Below, one piece after another: positions 1 through 10,100 of a DNA stretch of 64,000 nucleotides. Origin of the DNA: an uncultured Gemmatimonadales bacterium (GTDB lineage Bacteria; Gemmatimonadota; Gemmatimonadetes; Gemmatimonadales; GWC2-71-9); contig CAVVKJ010000009.1 of the NCBI GenBank assembly GCA_963748815.1, positions 64,001 to 128,000 on the forward strand, read 5' to 3'. The notes below the pieces were generated by a model. That model had not been told where the DNA came from. It worked only from the letters and a program-made list of their open reading frames with translations, and made no database searches. Position 1 is the stretch's first letter. Every line of letters begins with the position of its first letter. Made by a program: the position numbers and the translations under genes.

Positions 1-79
1 GTATTATATGCCCGCCAGAGCGAATCACAACCCTGTGCGATACAATTATATCCGAGATAATCGTTCGGGATTTATCTGC

Positions 80-565
80 CTACCCTGCCGCGCGCCGGAG
101 CGAGCCCGGAGGCGCCTCGGCGCGCATCCATTCCGCCTTCTTCCTGGCGAAGCCGAGGAACGCCGCGGCCAGTCGCTGATCCGAGAAGGCCAGCCAGCAC
201 CAGCGCACCGGCCCGGTACGCTGCGCCTCGGTAATGGCGTGGACCACCGAGGCCGGCAGGCGCGCGTCGTCGACCTTGCGCTCCTCGACGTCCGAAATGG
301 TCCAGGTGGCGCTGACGCCGTCGGTCATCACGTGCAACCAGCAGAGCTTCCGGTTGCCGAGGGTGTACTCCCACGCCCAGCGCCACTGCGGGCCGAGGAA
401 CTTGACGTGCTCGATGACGCCGGGGATGGAGCGGAGCCCGTCGCGCACCAGCTTGAAGCGGGCGGCCGCGGTCGACGGCAGATCCTTGAGCGGCGCCCTC
501 GGTTCCGGCTCGACTGAGGACTCCGGATACCGATTGCCCTTCCAGTACGACGTCGATCGGCTCAA
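80..565 (-). CDS. hypothetical protein, DUF3788-like
   Basis: 161-aa ORF with natural composition (KFLGPQWRWAWEYTLGNRKLCWL); family resemblance is from memory only. Confidence 0.55.
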   Translation of the reverse strand: MSRSTSYWKGNRYPESSVEPEPRAPLKDLPSTAAARFKLVRDGLRSIPGVIEHVKFLGPQWRWAWEYTLGNRKLCWLHVMTDGVSATWTISDVEERKVDDARLPASVVHAITEAQRTGPVRWCWLAFSDQRLAAAFLGFARKKAEWMRAEAPPGSLRRAAG

Positions 566-765
566 GGATGGCTCCGCGCCAAAGAGAAACGTGAATCCGG
601 AAATCTACGGGGGAGCCAGTGGCAGAGGGAAGCGGCGACGTGTGCGGATCGCCTCGGCGGCCGTCGTCTCCATTCCCAACTCGCCCCGGCGCGTCCGCGA
701 GCATTGCGACTGTGGACGGCCGTGCCCGGTTCAGCGAGCCAGAACCGTGGTACGGCGGCCCCGTA

Positions 766-1566
766 TCACGGTTCGCCGGCGTGAGCCTCGGGCGGCTCGC
801 CGGCGGGCGCCACGCCCGCACGTTCCAGATAGCGGCGCACTTCGATCCCCATCGCCCGCAGCAGCGACGCCTCCCGACCGTCGAGTCCCGCCCGAAAGAC
901 GATTTCCCGGAACGAACGCATGACGTGGTCGTGCTGCCGGGTCTTGAAGAAATCGATGGCCCACAGCGCGCGGGTCCAGTCGGTAAAGAGCCACTCGATC
1001 TGGTCGGCCGCCGCGGGGGCGGCGCGCCGCCGGGGGGGCTTGGTCGTGATGTCGGCGCCGATCCGGACCCGCCAGGTCTCGTAGCTCATCACGCCGATGG
1101 CCTGCGCCAGGTTCATCGACGTGTATTCCGCGCTGGTGGGGATCGACACCAGGGCGCGACAAAAATCGAGTTCGTCGTTGGCGAGTCCCTTGTCCTCCCG
1201 CCCGAACACCATCGCCACCGGCCCCGTCTCCGCGCTCGCCACCAGCTCGGTGGCCGCCTCGCGCGGCTCCAGCACCGTCCGCTTGGCGGCGCGGCCCCGC
1301 GCGGTGAGCGCCACGCTGTAGACCGTGTCCGCCAGCGCGTCCGACAGCGAGGTGAAGGTCTCGATCCGGGCGACGAGATCGGCGGTGTTGTGCGCGATCC
1401 CCTCGATCCGCCAGGGATCGAACACTTCCGGATTCACCAGCCGGATGCCGGTGATCCCGAAGTTCTTGGCCAGCCGGACGGCGCTCGCGATGTTGACGAT
1501 GTCCTGCGGCGCCACGAGGACCAGGATCGGCGCGCCGCCCGGATTCGGTCGGATGGGGTCGGTCAC
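766..1566 (-). CDS. trmJ: TrmJ/TrmH-family SPOUT RNA methyltransferase
   Basis: Motifs PQDIVNIASAVR, VFGREDKGL and SMNLAQA; GTG start overlaps the upstream stop (GTGA). Confidence 0.85.
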   Translation of the reverse strand: MTDPIRPNPGGAPILVLVAPQDIVNIASAVRLAKNFGITGIRLVNPEVFDPWRIEGIAHNTADLVARIETFTSLSDALADTVYSVALTARGRAAKRTVLEPREAATELVASAETGPVAMVFGREDKGLANDELDFCRALVSIPTSAEYTSMNLAQAIGVMSYETWRVRIGADITTKPPRRRAAPAAADQIEWLFTDWTRALWAIDFFKTRQHDHVMRSFREIVFRAGLDGREASLLRAMGIEVRRYLERAGVAPAGEPPEAHAGEP

Positions 1567-2450
1567 CCGCGCAACTCCACCCCGGCCTCGCGCTCGATCA
1601 GCTGGATCGGCGCGAGGTAGTCGGCCTCTTCGCCCAGGGCGGCGCGCGCCCGGCCGAGCAACTCGGAGGTGAGGTGGAGGACCGGGCCGGCGACGCCCTG
1701 CCCCTCGAGGAACTCCGCGCCGATGCGGGTGTCCTTGTCGAGCAGTGCCAGGCGGAAGGTCACCGGAAAGAGCCGGGTCAGGACCCGCTCCGGCACCAGG
1801 TACTCGCTCACGAAGCTCCGCCCGCTCGAGGCGTTGAGGACCTCCACCGCCTTCTGGGCGGAGATGCCGCTCTTCACCAGGGCCGACAGCCCCTCGCCGA
1901 CGGCAAGCAGATTCACGGCCAGCAGCGCGTTGTTGACCGCCTTCATCGCGTGGCCCGCCCCGAGGGGCCCCATGTGCTCCACCCGGCGGCCGAAACACTC
2001 CAGCACCGGCCGCGCGCGCGCGAAGACCTCGCCGGTCCCCCCCACCATGACGGTGAGCGTGCCCGCCTCGGCGCCGTTGGTGCCGCCGCTCACCGGTGCG
2101 TCGGCGAACTGGATGCCGAGCGACGCCAGCCGCGCCCCGATCTTCCGGGTGGTGTCGGGATCGCCGGAGGTGCAGTCGAGGAAGAGCGTGCCCTTCCCCA
2201 ATCCCGCGAGCAGGCCGTCGGGACCGTCGAGCAGTGCGTCGACGTCGGCGGAGGTGGGGAGGCAGGTGATGACCACCTCCGACCCGGCCACCGCCTCGCG
2301 CGGGGTCGCGGCCGCCGTGCAGGGGTGCGCCGCGGCGAACGCCGCGGCCTTCGCGCCGGTGCGATTCCAGACCGTGAGCTGGTGGGCCTTGGCGAGATGG
2401 ACGGCCATGGGCGTGCCGATGGCGCCGAGGCCGAGGAAGGCGACGCGCAT
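1563..2450 (-). CDS. NAD(P)-dependent oxidoreductase, 3-hydroxyisobutyrate dehydrogenase family
   Basis: MRVAFLGLGAIG Rossmann motif, DAPVSGG and KAVNN; TGATG coupling with ferritin. Confidence 0.9.
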   Translation of the reverse strand: MRVAFLGLGAIGTPMAVHLAKAHQLTVWNRTGAKAAAFAAAHPCTAAATPREAVAGSEVVITCLPTSADVDALLDGPDGLLAGLGKGTLFLDCTSGDPDTTRKIGARLASLGIQFADAPVSGGTNGAEAGTLTVMVGGTGEVFARARPVLECFGRRVEHMGPLGAGHAMKAVNNALLAVNLLAVGEGLSALVKSGISAQKAVEVLNASSGRSFVSEYLVPERVLTRLFPVTFRLALLDKDTRIGAEFLEGQGVAGPVLHLTSELLGRARAALGEEADYLAPIQLIEREAGVELRG

Positions 2451-2950
2451 CAGCCGGCCTGTCCGCGGCGGCCGAGTTCCCGGTCGAACATGTAGAGCCC
2501 GGAGGTGTTGGTGCCGATGAGTCGCAGGGTGTCCACGATGCCGCGGCTCGTCTTTTCCTCCTCCACCTGCTCCGTGATGAACCACTGCAGCAACGCCTGC
2601 GAGGCGTAGTCCTTCTCCTTCGCCGCCAGTTCGAAGAGCGCGTTGATGCTGGCGGAGACCATGGCTTCCTGCTGGACGGCGGCCTCGAAGGCGGCGAGCG
2701 GCGATGCGAAGGTCGTCGGGGGCGCCGCCAGCTCGCGCAGGACGATCGTCCCGCCGCGATCCTCGACGAAGTCGGTGAACTTCATCGCGTGGCCGAGCTC
2801 CTCCCGCGCCTGGATCCGCATCCAGGACGCGGAGCCGGGCTGGTTGATGCCGCTGAAGTACGCCGACATCGCCAGGTACTGGTACGCCGACTCGAGTTCC
2901 TTGTGAATCTGGTCGTTCATGGCGGCCTGGACCGCCTTGCCGATCTGCAT
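2450..2950 (-). CDS. ftnA: non-heme ferritin
   Basis: NDQIHKELESAYQYLAMS, EELGHAMKF and LQWFITEQVEEE ferroxidase motifs. Confidence 0.92.
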   Translation of the reverse strand: MQIGKAVQAAMNDQIHKELESAYQYLAMSAYFSGINQPGSASWMRIQAREELGHAMKFTDFVEDRGGTIVLRELAAPPTTFASPLAAFEAAVQQEAMVSASINALFELAAKEKDYASQALLQWFITEQVEEEKTSRGIVDTLRLIGTNTSGLYMFDRELGRRGQAG

Positions 2951-3028
2951 GGGGTGCCTCCGGGATGAGAAGGAACGCCGGCCCGCCGTTGACGCCAGCC
3001 CCGGGGGGGCGTACGCTACGCGCGAGCC

Positions 3029-3853
3029 ATGACCCCCAAAGATAGCCTGCCCTCCGGGGCCCCGTCATCGATCCGGCGACCCGTTTCCTGGAGCCGGGTG
3101 GCGCTCGCCACCCTCGGCGCCGTGCTCGTCGTCTTCATCATCGGGCCCCTGCTCCGGCTGCTCGTCCTGGCCACCCCCGCCAGCCTCGGCGAGGCGCTCC
3201 ACGACCAGGAATTGCTCGCGTCGATCGGGCTCACACTCGCCACCGCCACCGCCGCCACCCTGATCGGCGCCGTGCTCGGCGTCCCCCTCGCCTACCTGCT
3301 GGCCCGTCGCTCCTTCCGCGGCCGCCGGTTCATCGAGGCGGTCGTCGAACTGCCGGTCGTGATCCCCCATCCCGTCGCCGGCATCGCGCTGCTCCTCTTC
3401 CTCGGCCGGCATTCCACGGTCGGTGGCGCGTTCGCCAGGATCGGCATCGAGTTCGTCAGCCACGTCCCCGGCATCGTGGCCGGCATGCTCTTCGTCTCGG
3501 TCCCCATCCTGGTGAGCGGTGCCCGGGAGGCGTTTCGCGCCGTGGACCCCCGGCTCGAACGGGTGGCCCGGACCCTCGGCGATCCCCCGGCGGTGGTGTT
3601 CCGGCGGGTGACGCTGCCCCTCGCGGCGCGCGGCATCCTCGCCGCCGCGGTCCTCTCCTGGGCGCGCAGCGTGAGCGAGTTCGGCGCCATCGTCATCCTC
3701 ACCTACAACCCCCAGGTGGCGAGCGTCCTGATCTACGACCGCTTCACCACCATCGGGCTCCCCGCCGCCGTCCCCGCCGCGCTCCTCCTCCTGGGCGTGG
3801 CGCTCGGCGTCTTTGCGCTGGTGCGGATGCTCCAGCCGGCGGAGCGCCGATGA
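3029..3853 (+). CDS. modB: molybdate/tungstate ABC transporter permease
   Basis: LPVVIPHPVAG, an EAA-like loop, WARSVSEFGA and multiple TM helices. Confidence 0.85.
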   Translation: MTPKDSLPSGAPSSIRRPVSWSRVALATLGAVLVVFIIGPLLRLLVLATPASLGEALHDQELLASIGLTLATATAATLIGAVLGVPLAYLLARRSFRGRRFIEAVVELPVVIPHPVAGIALLLFLGRHSTVGGAFARIGIEFVSHVPGIVAGMLFVSVPILVSGAREAFRAVDPRLERVARTLGDPPAVVFRRVTLPLAARGILAAAVLSWARSVSEFGAIVILTYNPQVASVLIYDRFTTIGLPAAVPAALLLLGVALGVFALVRMLQPAERR

Positions 3854-4915
3854 TCCGGCTCGAGCACCTCTCGGTGCGGGTGGGGGACTTCCTCCTGCAG
3901 GACATCTCGTTCGAGGTGCCGAGCGGGGGATATGGCCTGCTCATCGGCCCCTCCGGCTCCGGCAAGACGACGCTGCTGGAGACGGTGGCGGGGCACGTCC
4001 CGGCCCTCGGCGGCCGGGTGCACCTCCACGGTGAGGACGTCTCCCACGTGGCGCCCGAGCGGCGGGGCGTCGGGTTCGTCTACCAGAACTACCATCTCTT
4101 TCCCCATCTCGACGTCCGCGACAACATTCGCTACGGCCTGGTGCGGGGCTCCCTCCCGGCCGCCGAGCAGCGCGATCGGGTGCGGGAGCTGGCCGCCCTG
4201 CTCGGAATTGAGCCCCTCCTCGACCGCACGATTCACGGCCTGAGCGGCGGCGAAACCCAGCGGGTGGCGCTGGCCCGCGCCCTCGCCCCGCGGCCGAGCA
4301 TCCTCCTGCTCGACGAACCGTTCGCCGCCGTCGATCCCGCCACCCGCCACATGCTGCGCCGGGAACTCCGCGCCATCCACACGCACGAGCGGGTCACGAC
4401 GCTGCAGGTGACGCACGACTTCGACGAGGCGCTCCGCCTCGGCGACGTGGTCGCAGTGCTGGCCGAGGGCCGCATCGCCCAGCTCGGCCGTCCCGACGAA
4501 GTGTTCCGCTTCCCCAATTCGGCCTTCGTGGCGAGGTTCATCGGGACCGGCACCGTCCTGCGCGGGGAGGTCACGCGCCAGCCCGGCGAAACGGGCGACG
4601 GCCCCTTCGCCGCCTGGTTCGACAGCGCTCCCCTGAAGTTCGAGGTCGTCGCCGAGCGGGAGGGGCCGGCCCACGCCGTGCTCAGGCCGGAGGATCTCAT
4701 GCTCAGCCGCGAGGCGATCAGCGGCTCCGCCCGGAATCGGTTTCGCCGCGGTCGTGAGCCGGGTGGAGCGGGTCGGGCCGGTCAGCTATGTCCATCTCGA
4801 CGCCGGCCGGCCCCTGACCGCCGCCGTCACCAGCGCCTCCGCCGACGAACTGGCCCTCGGCGCGGGCGTCGAAGTCGTCGTCACCGTGAAGGCCACCGCC
4901 ATCCATCTCGTGTAG
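3850..4915 (+). CDS. modC: molybdate/tungstate ABC ATP-binding subunit with TOBE domain (one extra T near 4742)
   Basis: Walker A GPSGSGKT, LSGGE and LLLDEP. Removing one T restores the TOBE end ...VVTVKATAIHLV* at 4915. Confidence 0.85.
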
Positions 4916-4929
4916 TGAGGACTCGCTCG

Positions 4930-5946
4930 ATGCGCACTGCCGCCACTTCCCTGCTCCTGCTCGCCTCGCTTGCCTGTGCCGATCCCAAGCCGGTCGTTCC
5001 GCCGATTCAACACTCGATCCTCGCCACGATCGGGGACAGCGCCTCCACCATCGAGGGGATCGCCGAGTTCGCCGGCCTGTTGTACGTCTGCGACTGGAAG
5101 GACGGGACGATCTACCGGATCGACCCGCGAGACCCGATCCCGCGCGCGGTCGGTGCCCTGCCGATCGCCCCCGGCACCGCGGTGCTCGGGATGCGGACGG
5201 ACGCCCAGGGCAACCTCTACCTGGCGGTGCCGGAGTCGGGCACCGTGTACCGGGTGGCGGCGGAACGGCTCGGGGCAAAGGATTTCGACCCGCGGAAGGA
5301 CGCGATGGTCTTTGCCAGCGGCGCCGACGGCGCCAACGCGATCACCTTCGATTTCCCCGGGGGGCATCTCTGGATCTCGGGCGGGCCGACCGGCAACCTC
5401 TATCACGTGGGTCCGGAAGGCGGACGGGTCGCCATTGCCGCGGTCGGATATGCCGCGATGGGGACCGACACGACCCTGCCGGTGCGGGTGTACACCGTCA
5501 ACGGCGTGGCCGTCAACAGCCGGGGCGTGATCTTCACCGCCAACACCGGCACCGGTGAAATCACGAGCCTGGTCATCGGGGCCGGCTACCTGCCCCGATC
5601 GGTCGCCACCTTTGTCCAGGACGACCGCCTGATCGGCGCCGACGGGCTCTACTTCGACGCGCAGGACAACCTCTGGGTCACCGCCAACTTCCGGAACACG
5701 CTGGCCCGCATCGGGCCGGACGGCACGGTCACCATCGTGGCGTCGAGCACGCCCACCGGCACGTTCACGGATTCCACGATGATCCCGGCCTATCCGCAGG
5801 TGGGGGTGGGCAACGCCCTTCGCTTTCCCGCGGAGCTCACGAGGCTGGGCAACACGATGTATCTCGCGAACCTCAACTTCCCCATCGGCGCCAACACCGG
5901 GCAGCCCGTCAAGGGGGCCAGCGTGGCGGCGGTGACGCTCCCTTGA
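4930..5946 (+). CDS. SMP-30/gluconolactonase-family beta-propeller lipoprotein
   Basis: Lipoprotein signal MRTAATSLLLLASLAC; EGI, NAI, NGV and ADGL propeller motifs. Confidence 0.75.
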   Translation: MRTAATSLLLLASLACADPKPVVPPIQHSILATIGDSASTIEGIAEFAGLLYVCDWKDGTIYRIDPRDPIPRAVGALPIAPGTAVLGMRTDAQGNLYLAVPESGTVYRVAAERLGAKDFDPRKDAMVFASGADGANAITFDFPGGHLWISGGPTGNLYHVGPEGGRVAIAAVGYAAMGTDTTLPVRVYTVNGVAVNSRGVIFTANTGTGEITSLVIGAGYLPRSVATFVQDDRLIGADGLYFDAQDNLWVTANFRNTLARIGPDGTVTIVASSTPTGTFTDSTMIPAYPQVGVGNALRFPAELTRLGNTMYLANLNFPIGANTGQPVKGASVAAVTLP

Positions 5947-5950
5947 CCCG

Positions 5951-7195
5951 GTGACGATCCGCTTCCTGCACGTCGACCTCGACGCCTTCTTCGTGGAGGT
6001 CTGCCGCCAGCTCACGCCCGAGCTGCGCGCGGTGGACCTCCTGGTCGTTGGGGGACAGCCGAAGGGGCGCGGCGTGGTGCAGTCGGCCTCGTATGGCGCC
6101 CGGGCGTTCGGGGTGCGGGCGGGCATGGCGTCGAGTGAAGCGGCGCGGCGCTGCCCCGGCGCCACCTTCGTGCAGACGTCGTTCGACGACTACCGCCGCG
6201 CCTCGCGCACCGTCCGCCGGGTCCTCGAGGAATTTTCCCCGCTGGTCGTGATGGCCTCGCTCGATGAGGGCTATCTCGACTTCTCCGGCACCGATCGCCT
6301 CTACCCGGTCTCGCTCCTCCCGGTGGCGGAGCGACTCCGTGCGCGGGTGCGCGCCGAGGCGGGTCTCGACTGCAGCATCGGCATCGGGCCGAACCGGATG
6401 GTGGCCAAGCTCGCCTCCGATGCCGCCAAACCGCGCGGGTTCATGGAGGTGCGGGAAGGGTGGGAAGAGGGGTTCGTGGCGGGCCTGCCCCTCAAGGCGC
6501 TGCCGGGGGTGGGCCCGAGGACCGCGGACCGGCTCGCCTCGCTCGGCCTGACGGAGGCGTGGCAGGTGCAGCAGCGGTCGGTGACGGAGCTGGAAAAATT
6601 GATCGGGGCCGAGGCAAAGCTGCTGAAGCGCCGGGCCCATGGGCACGGGGGGCGGGTCCTCCGTGCCCGGCAGGAGACCAAATCGATCAGCCGGGAAACG
6701 ACGCTCGACCGCGACACCGCCGACCTCCCGCAGCTCGAGCGGATTCTTCTCCGACTCTCGGCCCACGTGGCGAGCCAGCTGCGACGAGAGCAGATGGCCG
6801 GCCGCACCGTGACCCTCAAGCTCCGACACGGCGACTTCGTGACGATCACCAGGAGCCAGACCCTCCCCGCCGCGACCGACCTCGACGCCGACATCGTGGG
6901 AGCGGCGCGCGCACTGCTGGGGACGGCGTTCGAGGAGGTCCGCAGGCGCGGACGAGGGGTGCGGCTCATCGGCGTGGCGGCGACCAACCTGACGGAGGCG
7001 CCGATGCCCGACCTCTTCGAGGCGCCGGAACGGACGAAGCTCCGGCACCTCACCGCGGCGGTGGACCAGGTGCGGGAGCGGTTCGGGTTCGACGCGGCGA
7101 AATCGGGGAGCTTGGTGAGGAAGGCTGGCAAGCGGGGACCCGAGAAGGCGGGGAAGCGGGGAAGCGGGGACGCGGGGAAGGGAGAACTGCCTTGA
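5951..7195 (+). CDS. dinB: DNA polymerase IV
   Basis: HVDLDAFF, SYGARAFGV, SLDEGYLD, KLASDAAKP and VRLIGV. Confidence 0.93.
   Translation: MTIRFLHVDLDAFFVEVCRQLTPELRAVDLLVVGGQPKGRGVVQSASYGARAFGVRAGMASSEAARRCPGATFVQTSFDDYRRASRTVRRVLEEFSPLVVMASLDEGYLDFSGTDRLYPVSLLPVAERLRARVRAEAGLDCSIGIGPNRMVAKLASDAAKPRGFMEVREGWEEGFVAGLPLKALPGVGPRTADRLASLGLTEAWQVQQRSVTELEKLIGAEAKLLKRRAHGHGGRVLRARQETKSISRETTLDRDTADLPQLERILLRLSAHVASQLRREQMAGRTVTLKLRHGDFVTITRSQTLPAATDLDADIVGAARALLGTAFEEVRRRGRGVRLIGVAATNLTEAPMPDLFEAPERTKLRHLTAAVDQVRERFGFDAAKSGSLVRKAGKRGPEKAGKRGSGDAGKGELP
7150..7177 (+). repeat. GGGGAAGC tandem octamer repeat with four G4 tracts
   Basis: ggggaagcggggaagcggggacgcgggg at the dinB 3' end; the same unit occurs at 57120 and 58522. 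Confidence 0.75.
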
Positions 7196-7377
7196 CGCGA
7201 AGACGCGAAGAGGCGCGAAGCCCCCCCACCTCATATCAGGATAGTAGCCAGCACCGCGGCCGGAACCAGCACGTCTGGTAGATTTAAACGGTTGTAAAAC
7301 AATAACTTACGGAACTTCACTACGATCAGAAGTGGCTGCCTCACCGGGAGCTCTTCGCGCCTCTTCGCGTCTTCGCG
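7196..7377. mobile_element. MITE-like element: perfect 25-bp inverted repeats around a 132-bp, more AT-rich core
   Basis: cgcgaagacgcgaagaggcgcgaag (7196-7220) and its exact reverse complement (7353-7377). Mobility is not shown. Confidence 0.45.
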
Positions 7378-7426
7378 CTGAAAAGCTGTTACCGCAAGAG
7401 CTTGAATTCTGAGTCCCATTTCGCCA

Positions 7427-7448
7427 ACTTGCTATACGTCAAGCAAGT
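7427..7448. promoter_or_regulatory. candidate TetR operator
   Basis: ACTTGCT-N8-AGCAAGT inverted repeat 17 nt upstream of the TetR start. Confidence 0.4.
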
Positions 7449-7465
7449 GCCACTCTGGAGGCACC

Positions 7466-8122
7466 ATGGCTTCTGTTGCCCCTCAACTGCTCGAGTCCGA
7501 GAAGCCCGGTTCCCGCGCGACGCGGGAGGCGGTGCTCGACGCCGCCGAACGGCTTTTCGCCGAGCGGGGGTTCGAGGCCACGAGTCTCAACGATGTGGGC
7601 ACGGCGGCCGGCGTCTCCCGCGGCACTCCTGGTTATTGCTTCGGCTCCAAGGCCGACCTCTATCGTGCGGTGCTGGAGCGTTGTTTTTCCGAGGTGCGGA
7701 GCGCCGTGCGGAGCGGGCGGGCCCGGGCCATGGCCAGCGGCGAGTCGGCTGACAAGGTGCTGGCCGGCATCGTCTCGGAGTACTTCGACTTCATCACCGC
7801 CAACCCCTACTTCGTGCGCCTCATCGAATGGGAAGCGCTGACCGGCGGCCGGACCCTCGAGGAGGTGCCGCCGCACGTCGAAGCCGCGCAGGAAGCCCTG
7901 GCCGCGCTCAGCGATGAGCTGGCCCTCGACCCCGCCAATCCGGGCGAGGCGGCGCAGCTCCTGCTCAGCGTGATCGGCCTCTGCTGGTTTCCGCTGGTGC
8001 ACTCGAAGACGATGCTCCGCGCGCTGGGCATCAACGCCACGACTCCCGAATTTCTCCAGGCGCGGAAGCGCCACGTGATCGACCTCGTGCTCTCGGGCAC
8101 GCTGGGTCGGTCCCCGTCCTGA
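7466..8122 (+). CDS. TetR/AcrR-family regulator
   Basis: TREAVLDAAERLFAERGFEATSL...FGSKADLY helix-turn-helix. Confidence 0.9.
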   Translation: MASVAPQLLESEKPGSRATREAVLDAAERLFAERGFEATSLNDVGTAAGVSRGTPGYCFGSKADLYRAVLERCFSEVRSAVRSGRARAMASGESADKVLAGIVSEYFDFITANPYFVRLIEWEALTGGRTLEEVPPHVEAAQEALAALSDELALDPANPGEAAQLLLSVIGLCWFPLVHSKTMLRALGINATTPEFLQARKRHVIDLVLSGTLGRSPS

Positions 8123-8147
8123 CTCCCTAGCTGAGCGTGAGACGCAT

Positions 8148-10004
8148 ATGACAACCGCCATCAAGCAACCGACCCACCGCGACCTCGCGCCGAAGACGAC
8201 CGAGCAGGAAGCCCGCGACGTCGCCGAGGCCGCACGCGAGCAGGAATGGTCGTCGCGGAGCTTTGTCCGTGAGCTCTTCGAGGGGGACTACGACCTCGAC
8301 CTGATCCACCCCTTCCCCGAGCCGGACCCCGCCGACCTGGCCAGGGCCAAGCCGCTCATGGAGCGGCTCGAGAAGTTCATGCGCGAAAAGGTCGACAGCG
8401 ACAAGATCGACCGCGAAGGGAAGATCCCCCCGGAGATCATCGAGGAGCTCCGCCAGATGGGCGCGTTCGGGCTCAAGATCGGCGAGGAGTACGGCGGGAT
8501 GGGGCTGAGCCAGTACAGCTACACCAAGGCCATCAGCCTGGTGACCAGCAACGACGGCAGCATGACCGCGCTCCTTTCCGCCGCGCAGTCGATCGGCGTG
8601 CCGGTGCCGCTCAAGCTTTTCGGCACCGACGCGCAGAAGAAGAAGTACCTCCCCCGGCTCGCCAAGGGCGCCATCTCCGCGTTCGCGCTCACCGAGACCG
8701 GGGTCGGATCCGACCCCGCCGGCGTCGCCACGACGGCGGTCCTCTCCGACGATGGCAGCCACTACATCCTGAACGGCGAGAAGCTCTGGTGCACCAACGG
8801 CACCATCGCCGAGTTGATGGTGGTCATGGCGCGGACCGGCAAGAAGATCAGCGCCTTCATCGTCGAGGCCGACTGGCCCGGCGTCGAGGTGGTCGAGCGC
8901 CTGCACTTCATGGGGCTCAAGGCCATCGAGAACGGGCTGATCCGCTTCACGAATGTGAAGGTGCCGGCCGAGAACATCATCTGGGGCGAGGGCAAGGGTC
9001 TCAAGCTGGCGCTGGTCACGCTCAACACCGGCCGACTGACCCTGCCGGCCTCCTGCGCCGCGGGCGCCAAGCGCTCGCTGGAGATTGCCCGCACCTGGGC
9101 GGCGGAGCGCCAGCAGTGGGGCGCGCCGATCGGCAAGCACGACGCCGTGGCCCAGAAGCTGGGCCGGATGGCGGCCGACACCTTCGCGATGGACTCGGTC
9201 AGCGACCTGGCTTCGCTGATGGCCGACAAGGGCACCGTCGACATCCGCCTCGAGGCGGCCATCGCGAAGATGTGGAACTCCGAGGTCGGGTGGCGGATCG
9301 TGGACGACCTGCTGCAGATCAAGGGCGGGCGCGGCTATGAAACCGCCGACAGCCTGCGGAGCCGGGGCGAGCGCCCCGACCCCGTCGAGCGGATGATGCG
9401 CGACTACCGCATCAACCTGATCTTCGAGGGCTCCAGCGAAATCATGCGGCTCTTCATCGCGCGCGAGGCGGTGGACACCCACCTCAAGGTGGCGGGCGCG
9501 CTCATCGACCCGAAGTCCTCGACCGGCACCAAGGTGAAGGCGCTCTTCGGCGCCGGCGCCTTCTACGCCCTCTGGTACCCGAAGCTCTGGATCGGCCTGA
9601 AGGGCCGGTTCGGCTACGGCGCCTTCGGGCCGCTGGCCACCCACCTCCGCTTCGCCGAGCGGCGCTCGCGGAAGCTGGCGCGCTCGCTCTTCCACGCCAT
9701 GATCCGGTTCGGCCCGAAGCTCGAGAAGCGGCAGGCGGTGCTCGGCCGGCTGGTCGAGATCGGCGCGGAGCTCTTCGCCATCTCGGCCACCGTCAGCCGG
9801 GCCCAGGCGATGGTCACCAAGAATCCCGCCGACCGATCCCCGGTCGAACTGGCCGACGCCTTCGCGCGGAACGCGCGCCGCCGCGTCGACGACCGGTTCG
9901 CGGCCCTCTTCGACAACGAGGACGTGATCAACTACGCCGTCGCGCAACAGACGACGGCCGGCAAGTATGCCTGGGTGGAGTCCGGCATGGTGCGGGAGAA
10001 GTAG
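8148..10004 (+). CDS. acyl-CoA dehydrogenase (long, VLCAD/ACAD9-like)
   Basis: AFALTETGVGSD, LNGEKLWCTNG, RINLIFEGSSEI and a C-terminal extension. Confidence 0.92.
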   Translation: MTTAIKQPTHRDLAPKTTEQEARDVAEAAREQEWSSRSFVRELFEGDYDLDLIHPFPEPDPADLARAKPLMERLEKFMREKVDSDKIDREGKIPPEIIEELRQMGAFGLKIGEEYGGMGLSQYSYTKAISLVTSNDGSMTALLSAAQSIGVPVPLKLFGTDAQKKKYLPRLAKGAISAFALTETGVGSDPAGVATTAVLSDDGSHYILNGEKLWCTNGTIAELMVVMARTGKKISAFIVEADWPGVEVVERLHFMGLKAIENGLIRFTNVKVPAENIIWGEGKGLKLALVTLNTGRLTLPASCAAGAKRSLEIARTWAAERQQWGAPIGKHDAVAQKLGRMAADTFAMDSVSDLASLMADKGTVDIRLEAAIAKMWNSEVGWRIVDDLLQIKGGRGYETADSLRSRGERPDPVERMMRDYRINLIFEGSSEIMRLFIAREAVDTHLKVAGALIDPKSSTGTKVKALFGAGAFYALWYPKLWIGLKGRFGYGAFGPLATHLRFAERRSRKLARSLFHAMIRFGPKLEKRQAVLGRLVEIGAELFAISATVSRAQAMVTKNPADRSPVELADAFARNARRRVDDRFAALFDNEDVINYAVAQQTTAGKYAWVESGMVREK

Positions 10005-10047
10005 TCAACCGCGGCCGCGACCTGCGGCCGGCGGGGGCGGGAGCAAC

Positions 10048-10075
10048 GAAGGGCGCGGAGAGTTCCGCGCCCTTC
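10048..10075. terminator. hairpin between convergent genes
   Basis: gaagggcgcgga-gagt-tccgcgcccttc, 12-bp stem, no clear U tract. Confidence 0.55.
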
Positions 10076-10100
10076 ATCGCATGGGTGGCCGTCAGGCCCG

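Noticed and set aside
1..80. AT-rich stretch with two TTATAT motifs, possibly a dif/Xer site
   Set aside because: No convincing 11-6-11 XerC/XerD arrangement, and it is truncated by the window edge.
3850..5946. 698-aa ModC-gluconolactonase fusion in the ORF track
   Set aside because: It is produced by one extra T near 4742. The corrected ModC stops at 4915 and the second gene has its own lipoprotein signal.
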